A DNA stretch of 20,423 nucleotides from Catajapyx aquilonaris (GCA_000934665.2 JYFJ02001342.1:62001-82423); one strand, 5' to 3'; positions 1-11,897 are shown, counted from the first letter of the stretch. Numbers and translations: made by a program. Notes: a model not told the origin generated them from the sequence alone.

Positions 1-142
1 CATTTTGTAAATGCCAAACTTTGTACAACCTTGAAATATCACATTAATAAAATAATATGAACGTTTACAAGTGGGACACGACTGACTGAGTAAAATTTTA
101 AAATACCTAGTACTGTACAGTGAGCACTGAGAATACATTGTA

Positions 143-662
143 CAGGGTGTAACAAAGTTATTTCTAGCACACCACATATTGCACTTGATATTTTTTTAAA
201 TTAACATTAGCTCTATAAATATGAATTTTTTTGAATGTCTGACAGGAAAGGCAATTTCTCTCCAAACACTGAAACACACGTCTGCCAAAACTGTCCACAA
301 GTTTGAACGTAGGCCATATCCTCTTTTGTGACCGATGCCCGTTCCTGCTGAACTCTCCTAATTAACTCCCGACGATTTCTTGGCCTGGGTTGCTTGAAAA
401 CACTGTATTGCAGCCTGGCCCACAGGTGTTCAATAGGATTTAAATCTGGAGAGTTTCCAGGCCAGTCAAGCCACACCTTTCCATACATCTTTTGTGCTGC
501 TGCAATGGACACTTTCGCAGTGTGGAATTTTGCACCATCTTGCATAAGCACCTTCAGGTTTTGTTTTGGAAAGATATGGCAGTCCTTCATCGTTTCTCCA
601 TACTTTGGCAACATCTTGTCACGACGATATTCCCCGTTTAAAAAATTACTGAGACTTTGCAC
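143..662 (-). mobile_element. Tc1-like DNA transposon relic (C-terminal DDE transposase fragment plus probable terminal repeat)
   Basis: ORF 213-662(-) contains QDGAKFHTAK and WPGNSPDLNPIEHLW, the second-D and catalytic-E motifs of Tc1 transposases. TA|CAGGGTGT at 141-150 resembles a Tc1/mariner terminus. No N-terminal half is recognisable. Confidence 0.88.
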
Positions 663-3108
663 TTGTACAGTACATTACTGACTGGGCTAGAAACTTATGT
701 TACACCATGTATGAATGCAGTTAATCGGGCTTTCAAAGGGATATTAACAAACATAAAATGTTATGGTACTAATTTCCACGTTCAGTATTACTCATCGTTC
801 CTCCTCAATTCAGTATTATTCAAGTTACAATTAGGGTGTCTGATATTTTAACTGCTATCATTTCTATAACGCAGCAGGTTTGTCAGGCACATGGAAACAA
901 GCATGGAAAAGCAAACTAATGAAGCCACTGCCCAACGTTCTTCTATACCAACTACATCAGCCGAAGTAAAAAACGTGACACAATAAAGGTATATGGCATA
1001 CACGTTGTTGGGGAACTTGTTGTATCCCAGATAATGGTACCTGTTGAGATTATTCTCAAATGCGCTTTTGACTTGAAATATCAGTATTTGGGATTTTTAA
1101 ACCCATTGTGAGGATTACCTTAAAGCTTGCAAAACTCAAAAATGAACATTCTGATTATTGCTCCCTCAAGCAGTAAGCTATTAGCAATGCATGGCAGTAT
1201 TTTGTTCCAAATTAACTGATCCTCATCTGCCCCTAACCTCACCCCAATGCATTGTATAATACGAGTATTTAATAGAAGGCTATGTTATAATCCATCAACC
1301 AAAGAGATTTGTTCGTAAGGGAATTCATATTTTGAATGAAATATTATAGGGTACAGTTAACGCGATATAGGGCGCGAAATTCGTTAAGGGAAAGAAACCA
1401 TAATAAAATATACATTTCTATAAAGTATATATAGCGTTACAGCATATAGACTATACTGCGTATTTTTTGAAAAGTTATAATCATTCAGAAAAAATAGGTC
1501 ATCTGTGTTTTGTTTGTGTATTATATAATTTATTAGTAAAGTAAACTTATCCTAGGTGTGCAAGTATGTTTTAAAAACTTATCTATATGGTCGGTTATCC
1601 GCGGTGGCTTGGTATACTAATTACCACAAATAACCGGGATCCTATACTCTATAATAATTTGTTGTGGCCTTGACAGGCAAAATAGAATCGAACTCTTGTC
1701 TATAGATGTATCTTCCGAGAAAACAGCCAGAAACTGTTTCTCTCAATCCAGAGAATAGTGGCACACCACCACCGCTTGAAGGAACGCATCACATTTGACA
1801 AACACATCGCCTCTGCCAACACTGGACGCAGCTCTTTGAATGCAGTGTGCATAGCTCTCCTTCGTCAAAGCATGCAGTTACCCTGCCACGTCCGTAATAC
1901 GTCACTCGAAGGCCCATTGCCAGCCGACTCTCTTTCCCTTGGTTCACAAGCTAAAGAAAAGGATGCAACAGAGGCAGCTGGCGGATGCAACTCACACTGC
2001 TTTCCTTCCGCTGCATGGTGAGCATCTCAGAAGTGGCCGTCACCTGGCGACGCCCAGGAGGACCCATGCCCAGAGTTTCATCCAGTTGCTGTAGGAAACC
2101 TGAAACGAGACAGGCGGAGGTGAAAAAAAAGATATGTGTTCGGGAGTTAATTAGACCCGCGCCGCAATTTGGCAAAGAGGAGAAACAGCAATGGCGGCGC
2201 TTCCGGAATGCCTCAGGCTCCTCAAGACTAATGCCTGTGTCCAGACGGATTCTCAGGCATCCGTCTGGCCGTCTCCAGCCAGCCCCTCTCTTTATATAAC
2301 GCATGACCTCCGTGAGAAAGGTCGGGATCCGCCTTATGCTAACTACGTCCAGTAGCTAAAAGGACGTTGCACTGACCGTGACCAAAATGGCACTTGTAAA
2401 TGCACTGGCCCAGGGACGTGTGTGTCCAGCACTGCCGCGAAATGAAAAATACTTTATGAGGACTTCTGGACTCTGGAAGGACGTGTATGACCTCCCAGCT
2501 CCGAATAGAAACCAATGGCTATATATTCTTCCAGTGCAGTGGTGAAAGAAACGATGGAAACTGACGTTAGCAGTGACGTGATTAATTTCAGCTCTCCATT
2601 CAGCCCTTCTTTTTCAGTGCGTTCATAGGCCTAAGGAACTGAGCATGTCGAACTGAGACTGAAGAATAGTGCAGCCGAGCGGTCACATGCTTGCCTTTTC
2701 AGTTCACAAAGAAATACTTGTAACAAATACCAGAGGGGTATAAATAAAAAAGCACGAAATAAACTGTGATACTTTTAGTCGCAATCTGAGCTTTAACCCT
2801 ACATAGTGGGTTTTTCCACCACCGAAGATAGAAAGAACAATAATGGATGTCGGGAAAATCCCACCACCTCAGCAGACTTGATTTTTGTCTCGATTTTAAA
2901 CAGAGCAAAGAAATAAAGGTGTGGTGACACTAACTGATCCGCCCAGATGGACGCATCAGGTGGGTGAGAAAAGTGTGCTAAGACGTTTATATAAATAATG
3001 CCACTATTATTGTCACACCTTGGATGCCAATCGGAGCTCACGTAAGAAAAAGTATCAAAAAAACCAAACCTTGTCTTCTCCTAACTCTAGGCTACTAAAT
3101 GGAACTAC

Positions 3109-3426
3109 AGGGGAGGTGTAGATGGCCAAGACAAAGTCTCGGCTTCCTGAGTGAAAGGCCCCAGGTTCGATCCCCGCCTGGGGAGTTCCCTTTCACCTGC
3201 GTCAGGAGGGATTCTGACCGGCACCTTGGAGGTGTCTCGCAACCTATCCTCCTGATGGTGAACAGCACATGACCCATTATTCAGACATTGCACCTGCACT
3301 GATGTTACCTCCCCAAAAATCCATATCCCTATACCCTACATCCCTAATCCACCCCCTTGAATGAAATTGAAAGGCCTACGGCCTACGGGGTAAACAGGCG
3401 CAAAAAAACAAAACAAAACAAAACAA
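3109..3426 (+). mobile_element. tRNA-derived SINE with (CAAAA)n tail
   Basis: 5' GGGGAGGTGTAGATGG (A-box-like), B box GGTTCGATCCC at 3164-3174, A-rich (CAAAA)n tail at about 3400-3429, and a degenerate TSD AAATGGAACTAC (3097-3108) / AAACTGAACTAC (3427-3438). Confidence 0.8.
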
Positions 3427-6400
3427 AAACTGAACTACCAATGCTGCTACTACATACCTAATGTCTAACTGTAATGTACGAGATAATCGTATATGACTTC
3501 TGAACGGACTCCCTGACAAATACAATACAATAATGTAGTACATATGTCACTTTCTCTTACACATATTTTTGCAGCGCCACCGAATACATCTCAATATTTA
3601 ATGTATACTGGAATGAAATGAAATCGTGGTTCTTATATTGCGTAAGATAACTTGACCGCTGAACCACTCTTTCAATTTACAATTAACCACAAAATCCAGC
3701 ATTAAAATCTGGCTCTTTTTACGACTGCAAAATAATAGTGTACAGGAAAATGCAAAGCAATGCTGCATGGTTTTACGTCGCTGCCTACCATTATGCAATG
3801 CAGTGCAATGAGTACGTGACGTCATTTTCTGACACAACCTTTTATTTATGCAGTGTAAAGATGCCAGGATTACGTACCTTCACTCTGAGTTATCGAAAGA
3901 CTGCGGTAGCTGGTGCTAACGCTGGTCGAAGAACTACTCTGGAAACTGCTTCTAGACTGAAATATGTGTGAGGACTCCATCTTCAGCTCGTATCATACGT
4001 CTGCAAGACAAAAGAGACTCTATTAATAATCCCTCCAACCTCTCTTGACCTAGCTTAAACTAATTATCAAAGGCAGTCGAACAAATTTTTGGCAGGTAAA
4101 GGTATCACAATCGAGTGTATAGTGAGCACGTCACATGCATTCCTGCAATTCCCACGCTCACTAGAACTAGCAGCAACATCCATCCTTCCAGGATGCAGCC
4201 AGCAGCCCCAAAAATAGCCACGCCCAGTGTTCCCCTCATTCCACCCACCCCCAACCAAACGCCTACAAGTTTTTTTAAAGTAAAAAAAGAGGAATCTTTC
4301 GCGGCTAGGAGTATAAACAACGTAGGATCAGTTGGTCATGTGTTGCACGTCATCCTCCTTCCGCATCGTCGACCTTATTTCCCATTCATGGAATCACCCA
4401 CTTTCTGGCCGATGTAATTTTCATGGCGCCATTTTTTGTGATGGGTCGCCTATTTATGTGTCGAAATTTGTCGGAGCTCGACAGTGTCGGAAGCTGCTTT
4501 TGGAGGAAACTAATGATGGATAGACATTGCTCAAAGTATAGTAACAGGCTCGGATTTCATGTTCATCTATACCCCAACATCTGAGGTTTTACCTATTCCT
4601 TACTCCTGGCTGGGTTGGCAGTATTCAAAGGTAAGCAAACAATACAGTACTTCAGGCATTGTGCCCCCCACCGACCCCTACTCCTCCTCCTTCAAACCGA
4701 CTCCCAGAAGCTGCCCAGAAGACTGTGGCCCTGACAATGTCCGTGTGCCAATAATACAGTGCTCCAAGAGGATCTTTATTGGCACAGGCTCTTACCTGCA
4801 TTTTTTGCTATTTCATTTATGGTGTCAATACGGAAACCTTCAAATTCCGTGCTCGGTTACATTACTAGTTACAGTAAATGAGTGGATAATAACGATCTAT
4901 CAATTTTATTGACAATCAAAGCTATCAATTAGGAAAAAAATGACACATAATATTTGAGAAGCGGTCTTCTTCGTTAAAAAGGTAGCCTACTGCGGCAAAA
5001 ATAGTTCCACATGATTTAAAGAATCACAGGAACAATGGAAGGGGACGGGTACATTCGATTCAAAATGTACTGTACAACAAGTGCATGGCCTTCCCTTGCT
5101 CCTGGACTCATTTTGCACAAAGTTCAAAGTTTAGCAATAGGACACTAAACGCAAATTTTTAATTATATAATAGTCAATGTTGAACATCCCCATATTATTA
5201 TTACAAAGAAGAAACATTGAAATTCTTGAGACTTACCGGACTCATGTGTAAAAGAGACAAGTCCCCAGTTCAAGAGTATGGGCCGCGTGAATAACTTACG
5301 CCTTGTTTATCTCATCAGCCTCCCAATTCAGTGATAATAAGATTAATAACCAATCAGTTGGACGCAACAATCATGGTCATATTCACTAGCTAATGATTGT
5401 TGCTTCTATTTTAACTGATTCCTCGTGGTAAACAATCCACGGCAACCTTTCCACTTATCTTTATCTTGAAATAATGAGAATTTGGCAATGCACAATGGCA
5501 ATGTACTATGCTGTAGGACCTCAGAACATCGAAGAGACTGGTTTTTATTGGCCTTCTAAGACCAAGTCAACGCAACAATGTGTTGAGACATTTCTCCTCT
5601 GTCTTACATTGAGAAAATCATAATCAATTACAGTACAGTATATTCTACGTCTGCATGATGAAGATATCGGCCATTGCAAAAGCAACCAGCAGAATTTGTG
5701 TAGCATGTTGCCGTCAGCTATCTGGTATGATACGGGCAGGAGGTAACCCGGTGCTTCTATTAGTTGCAGTGCTTTCGAGACAAGAACCCACTGAAACGCG
5801 TGGACAGGTGGAGCGTTAAATAAACGATCAGGTTGAATACCCTGAAGGACTATACACCTACAGGTCCAACAAAGACACCTTGTTTCCTCCCGAATAAAGT
5901 TGGCAACAGACGCGATAGGCCCGCTAAAAGCTAAATCTGGGGTCCAGCTCTCAGTATGCCCTTGCCTCTATACACGAGCCCATATACACATGGACTTGCA
6001 CGAGGGCACTCCCAATCTTTCAGGTTAACGAATGGTCCCAAGAGTTAAAGTCTTCTTGGAATTTCTTTAAAGTTAAGGCATGTATTGGTTATTTTGTATA
6101 GTTTACAGCAGAGTCCAAGCTCCACGATAAGGCATGCAGAATGTCACAGGCCTTGAAATCATATTGACCTGACCATGGAATAGTCGAAATTAACCAGATA
6201 TGCACCCTGTGGCATTTTCACGAGATCATGCTCAAACATCCATCTGGATAAATGGACGTGATTCGAGCTTTTGAAAAATAAAAATCGTACATTTTTCGTT
6301 ATAATGTATGGGTTTAAACCATATGGAGGTCATTCGCTATAACCGTGCAGAGCAGGCGTGGGTGCAGTACATCACGTTGAAGGCACCGCCAACATGGACA

Positions 6401-7651
6401 TAACCGTACGTTACACGCCTCAGTTCAGAAACGCCTTGTTAATCCCACTACCTCAACCATGTCACTCTCACAGTTCAGTTGTGCTTCGAGTGTAGGAAAA
6501 AAAAACTCGCAAAAAAACAGGGACTTGACTTAGTGGGGATTGTGCCAACTCAAACCAACTGGGATGTCCCAGTAATTAGTTTCAGCGCACTTGGAAGAAA
6601 AAAAGAATTTGACACAAGAATTAAATAAACTGTCTTCAGGGTGTTAAAAATCGGGTTTCCTCACCTTCACCCTCGAGGTGCAAAGAGAAGTGTCCTGCTA
6701 CTCCAGGGGGCTATGGGGAAGTGCGCGAATATTTGGATTCTCAAACGAGACTAAGGGGAGGGGTAGACAGAAATTAGAACGGGGTCCTCCCACCTAACAA
6801 AATGTCCTCCAGAAAATGGAAACCTGAGGCCCCATCTGCTGTTTGTTTGCTTAAGCCTACATCATTCGGGGAAAGCTTTTAACAGGCTATTTCTCTCTTT
6901 TTTTTTAAACTGGTGTTGGGCTGCTCCCAAAGGTCGTCATTTACGTGCACCTTAAAGGCCCTTTCACACTATGCAGTTTATTGTACGATCCATGCGCCGT
7001 TTTAGATCCTCGACGACACGTGCCATGAGATAAATAATTTTACAGATATTTATGCCGATAACTTCACAATAATTCGATTGAACATCCAATTAGGAGGCTG
7101 ATTCACGGCATGCAAATACACTGCGAGACATGGCCTGATGGTGTCAGACCTAAAATGAGGTAGTGACTTCCTCGTTGAATCAGTTCCCAAAAATACAGGG
7201 TGCCTAATATTTCCGAAATAAGTACTGTATAAGCAGGCGAACTTTGACGCTAACAGGTGTGACCTAGGAAGGTCATCGTGGCTTGGCAAATTGCCAAATC
7301 TACCTACATATGTCTAGCCTAGTTGGCGTCCAAAAATATTCCAACCTTGGTTCTTTCTATGGACTTTGTTGCTTCAATGTCCATCCCTAAGAACACATTC
7401 CCTCCCACTGCATTTTTCAAGATTTTGTTTGGGGTAAGCAGTGAGCCAGTTGTTAGTCACAGTTGCGTACATGGGCGTGGCATGGTGTACGTACGGAGCA
7501 TTTAAGTTATGATGTTGACGTAGTCACATCCGCTTCCATTTCAGAGTCAACAGTTTCGTCAGGGGTTTCGTCGCCAAGAGATGCATCCAAACGAGTAACA
7601 ATGAAGCACAAACACGGGAATGTTTCTATATGCAACGACAACATTAAAAGA

Positions 7652-7747
7652 ATGGCATTTCACGTGTGCATGAGTCTTCTTACATGCGCCTGTCTTCTGC
7701 TGACACTTCATGCTGTACCCTTGGATGTACAACTATTACAAAATCCA
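7652..7747 (+). CDS. Avidin-like secreted protein, coding exon 1 (signal peptide)
   Basis: MAFHVCMSLLTCACLLLTLHAVPLDVQLLQNP: hydrophobic core with a plausible LHA|VP cleavage site. Donor CCA|GTAGGG, phase 0. An alternative in-frame ATG lies at 7601. Confidence 0.62.
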
Positions 7748-7886
7748 GTAGGGTGCACACTTTTTGTTACTAATATTTAATGCCTTAAGTATATGGTATG
7801 TCTAGGAATCATAATTATCAGCCAATGTATTTTCCCGACCCGAAATTAAATTGAAAAATATTGAATGATTGGTACCTTAACTATAG

Positions 7887-8103
7887 GAAGGCAGGGCCGA
7901 TGGCAGTCCAGAAGTAGTGACTCCGGAGTGGGAAACCGGAAAGGAAGATGCGATGCCGGGCACTGTTTCAACGAAGGAAGATCTGAGCGGAGAAACGCAT
8001 CTGCTGCTACACCACCTTCTCCAAGAGATCGAGCGCATGCGCCTCACACAAGCCCATGCCAGTACACGTGAAGAATTAGTCACTTCCCAACTGTCGGATA
8101 TTG
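7887..8103 (+). CDS. Avidin-like secreted protein, coding exon 2 (N-terminal extension)
   Basis: Acceptor CCTTAACTATAG|GAA and strong donor TTG|GTGAGT. Open frame EGRADGSPEVV...LLLHHLLQEIERMRLTQ...QLSDI. Phase 0 in, phase 1 out, matching both neighbouring exons. Confidence 0.68.
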
Positions 8104-8360
8104 GTGAGTAATGAGTATGTACCCAATGTGACACATTCTTGGTGGTCTTTTTATATGGTTCAAGTTGGTATGGCAGTTCGTGAAGATCTGAAATGAAATA
8201 TAATATCAATAGTGTTTTCATGAAAATGAGCTGAAAATGCCTATTTTGTCATTACAGTGAGCCCCCGGTTTAATATCCGCGGTTTCTTTAGAAAAGGTAT
8301 TAAATAAACATAAAATGAAAAATATTGCATTTTTAAAATTCGGATAGTACTTTCAGGTTT

Positions 8361-8975
8361 CAGCCATATTGCGCAATACCATGATGTGGTAAAAAAAAGC
8401 GCAAAATTTGGAAATAGCTGATTTATAGTTATATTAGTAATACAGTATATCTCGAAAACCGTGCTGGACACCACAATTCTAAGTGCCGATTTGGAATCAG
8501 GGAGAAAGGTACTATAGGAATCACTATTCACAACCTCAGAAAGATCAAAAAAAGTTTTTTGTAGAAGAGTGAAAATAACTATATCTGCAAAATATTTATT
8601 ATTTTCTCGCGAACCATGCATGACCCAGGCTTCAAACTTAACATACTGAACCTTATGTCGGTCACCACTAGTGTCACCAAATATGACTGATGTAACGCAA
8701 ACACATCAGTAATTGTTGAGGTCACCATTCTCGGGAATGTGACTGAGCAAGTGACCAATGAAATGCTATAAAAACTTATTTCTACATTTGAAAGGAAAAC
8801 TAATTCCATGGGCACATTTTTCTGGTGTTCCTCTTTCTTTTGATATATATGTTCATTGGCTTTTGACCACTTCCACTAATAACCGGGAAACAAATCTCCT
8901 AAAAAGGCCTCATTTTCAGCCATTTCCAGATTTTAGCGATTCTTTCCCTCATTATGGTATTGCGCAATATGGCTG
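8361..8975. mobile_element. Non-autonomous DNA transposon (MITE) with about 60-bp imperfect TIRs
   Basis: CAGCCATATTGCGCAATACCAT (from 8361) is the exact reverse complement of ATGGTATTGCGCAATATGGCTG (ending 8975), and similarity continues for about 60 bp. TT lies on both flanks (possible 2-bp TSD). Confidence 0.82.
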
Positions 8976-9933
8976 TTGAGTATATCTGCGATTATTTTCA
9001 CCTAGATCCGAGAGGGTCCAGCAACATTTAGGCCCACTTGGTTCAGAAAGACCCTTAGTAAATCGTTCAAAGTTTTAAAACTATATATCTCAAAACCTGT
9101 GTGTGATAGAAGATTTTGGTTAGCGTATTTGAAATCAGCGCAAACAATACAATAGGAATCCCACATTCGTGTACATGGGCCAAACCACACGTTCAATTTT
9201 GTTCCCTAGTGTTATTATCGAATTCGATGGCTCAAGTCATTTGCATTAAAAGATGACTTACATGTAATTATACGACATTGCATGTACTTATTTTAGCTAT
9301 GTAAAGGGTTTATAGAGCTCAGCATTGAGATAGAGATTGAGACGCTGCGCTCGCTGTTTCATAAAAAAAAGAGAATTTTTACGAAACAACATCCGCATTT
9401 CTTCTTCTGACACATTGCGCCTGTAAGGTACCATTTGGTAGCACAGAAGTGGTTGAAGGGTTGCGGACCATTCAGGATGAGGCAGATGCGTTACTTTCTT
9501 GTCATGCAATTACAATGATATGAATAAATGCTTAAGGCTTAGAATAGTGTTCACACTCACAAACCTAAATGCCACTCGAAAGTAAAACAGCTTCATTGTC
9601 TGATCAGAAAAAGAAGACGAAGAAGAAGAAAGAAAGGGGGGAGGGGGGAGGGAACAAATGCAGTAATCAACTAATCGCTGTTATTAAAAAAATTAGGAAG
9701 TCGTTCATTTCATAGTAAAAGTACGATCATCTTTAGTGGGCTTAACGTCGGCCTATTTCTGCTTCTAAGGCTAAACACCGAACAATGCATCTGTAGTGCG
9801 TAACACAAAACAAGGCACGACTAATAAAGTCTGCGAGGGAAGGCCTACAGGGTGCTCCAATTGACAGACTATACAGTATAAGTTTTTTCTATCAACCAAA
9901 GTATTTTTCAGAAGTGGTCGTCAATAGTAATTT

Positions 9934-9991
9934 AACAACAACAACAACAACAACAACAACAATCTAATAATAATAATCTAATAATAATAAT
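9934..9991 (+). repeat. Compound microsatellite (AAC)n followed by two TC(TAA)4 units; SINE tail
   Basis: Directly visible tandem repeats. Confidence 0.95.
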
Positions 9992-10244
9992 GGACACCGC
10001 CTGTGATAGGCCTTCTAGGGCTTTTTAGGCGATCATCTTTTAACTAACCGTCTTTAATCATTGTCGTTGCTCTGATGGGTTTTGATGGTGGGAGGGAACG
10101 GGAGAACCCCGAGAAACTCCCCGCGAACACGGAGAGAACCCATCGAAACTCTATCCACATAAGTGTCCTTCTGTCCGACCCGGGGATCGAACTCAGGACC
10201 TCAGAGGTGGAAGGCTGTGGCGATAACCACTCCACCACCGTGCC
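9934..10244 (-). mobile_element. tRNA-derived SINE with V-domain-like central core and (TTA)n/(TTG)n tail
   Basis: Minus strand starts GGCACGGTGGTGGAGTGGTTA (A box 10237-10227), B box GAGTTCGATCCC (10194-10183), core GTTCTCTCCGTGTTCGCGGGGAGTTTCTCGGGGTTCTCCCGTTCCCTCCCAC, then a simple-repeat tail. Confidence 0.85.
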
Positions 10245-10949
10245 TCTCTGGTTGTCGAAAGTATTTGTTACTCATGTTTGGTTGCATTGACTCATCATTT
10301 TTAACGCCTTCAAGTCAATGAGTCTGGTCTGCAACAAATGAGTGCAATCATTGATGTTCGACGATGTTTTTTTTTTAATAAACTATTCCCAATAGGAAAT
10401 TTATTCCAGTATTCAGAGCTGAGATGAATGATTCCATTCAGTCAATGTCATCAGCAAACACTTTTGATAACCACTAAAGGTACCAAGTCCAAAATAACTG
10501 CTTAAAATAAGAACTTGGTGACAGAAAATAGCTAGCTAAAATGGACATTTTAATGTGGATGCCCTGTATTTCAAATCTAAGAAATTCTAGAATCCCCTTT
10601 CCCTGCCCACCAAGAAAAAGGGGGGAAAAAACAGAACCTTTAATAGGCCTACTGTGGATATAGGTTGTTATGCTGCCAGGAAAATATAATGTAAAATCAC
10701 CCAATCATAAGCTGACATTTCCCTACATCCACCAAACAGCTATTCCAGTCCATCAAGTTCAATTTTCAATACACCATGCATCACACGATTCACACCCTTA
10801 TACTATAAAGCGCCCAGTATTCTTGACCATAACTCTAGTAGCATACAATAAATGTTACAGTACAATATTACCACATAACTTGCGGCAGTATGACCTACTG
10901 CAGAATGAATGTCAAACTAATGTACTAATCCCGTCCACAATGCATTTAG

Positions 10950-11140
10950 GCTTACCTTGTGATGTAGAAGGGACTTGGTGGAGCACCTCAACACAAGCTG
11001 CATTACAAATTCGCAAGGATTCACAACAATCTATCAGCATAGAAGTTGGGCAGGAAGAACTTGTCACAGGTTTCCAACTAGCAAATAACATGAAGCTTAC
11101 CAGCAAGTGGTCTTTACAAGCAATTGGTCCAAAATATGAG
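10950..11140 (+). CDS. Avidin-like secreted protein, coding exon 3 (first half of avidin barrel)
   Basis: Acceptor CATTTAG|GC and donor GAG|GTAATG. (G)LPCDVEGTWWS matches the avidin N-terminal C-x3-G-x-W motif. Phase 1 in, phase 0 out. Confidence 0.8.
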
Positions 11141-11490
11141 GTAATGCGTATCGAATATTTTGCACATAACTCTCTGCCTATCGGCTTTTAATGTGGTTAC
11201 ATCCAAACGAGTCACATGAATAACGTATCAGAAGTGGGTTACGAATATGGGTAAAAGTTACTTCCCAGGATCATGGTCAGATTTCAAACTACAATGTAGT
11301 AATATCAACATTACTGTGATTGTCTGTCTTTACCAAGACTGAAGTGTTGATTGTCTGTTAACATGGCTACATGGTCAAAAAATGACAGCAATCTTGGTAT
11401 AACACCGCTACCTAAAAGAATGAAGATAAATATTTTCACAACCCCTGCATGTTTTTTACCAATGACAATCACAAAATAGTCACATACAAC

Positions 11491-11752
11491 CGAAGCGGGT
11501 TATTTCACCGACCCCCACCCGGTCGACAGGCCATTTCACCGACATACCCACTCCACCAACAAGGAGGTTCCCCGCCACGATGTCTCACCAACAGGGCGTT
11601 ACTACGACAAAACATATCACCGACACCCACATATCGGAATTGTGTGGGTAAATTTGTCGATCAATGACTGTTGGTGAAATGCCGTCGGGGAACCTCCTTG
11701 TCGGTGAAATGGCCTGTCGGCCGGGTGGGTGTCGGTGAAATGACCCACACCC
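11491..11752. mobile_element. MITE with long sub-repeated TIRs and 8-bp TSD
   Basis: Left GGGTTATTTCACCGACCCCCACCCGGTCGACAGGCCATTTCACCGACA is mirrored by right TGTCGGTGAAATGGCCTGTCGGCCGGGTGGGTGTCGGTGAAATGACCC. Direct repeat CATACAAC at 11483-11490 and 11753-11760. Confidence 0.88.
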
Positions 11753-11897
11753 CATACAACTGACTCCTTTCATCAAATTAATTTGATGCAAGAATTTAAA
11801 AATTCTTTATCTGCATGTGAAGCAATTCTAATAGGGTACAACAACATAACAAAAAAAAGTGTCAATCACTTACTGAATATTGTGTTTGTTATTTCAG

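Noticed and set aside
1758..2304. Overlapping GC-richer ORFs as a protein-coding gene
   Set aside because: No recognisable motifs and no consistent exon chain.
3110..3185. tRNA gene calls for the SINE heads (here and 10175-10244)
   Set aside because: A/B boxes are present, but there is no convincing cloverleaf and each is followed by a SINE body and tail.
3202..3255. Hammerhead-like arrangement in SINE1 (TCAGGAGGGAT...CTGACCG-GCACC/GGTGT-CTCGCAAC...ATCCTCCTGA)
   Set aside because: The stem-loop is real, but both catalytic boxes deviate (CTGACCG instead of CTGANGA, GCAA instead of GAAA) and stem III is missing. Only a family consensus restoring the core would revive it.
4744..4786. Perfect 11-bp inverted repeat TGTGCCAATAA/TTATTGGCACA as a pre-miRNA
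   Set aside because: The stem is too short and the 21-nt loop too large; pairing does not extend to about 22 bp.
4559..5300. Strong isolated splice donors (AAG|GTAAGC at 4631+, CAG|GTAAGA at 4795-, CCG|GTAAGT at 5236-)
   Set aside because: No phase-consistent coding exons could be assembled. They may be UTR or lncRNA exons, but this cannot be supported without transcript data.
6953..6975. Harbinger-like terminus TAAAGGCCCTTTCACACTA
   Set aside because: No matching opposite terminus was found.
8929..9031. Alternative phase-1 terminal exons for the 7.9-kb exon (after TTCCAG at 8928 or CCTAG at 9005)
   Set aside because: The first lies within a MITE TIR and both stop within a few codons. The exon at 10950 gives a coherent protein.
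11497..11746. Repeated CACCGACA units as a CRISPR-like array
   Set aside because: The units are short, irregularly spaced and arranged as inverted arms in eukaryotic DNA, which a MITE explains.
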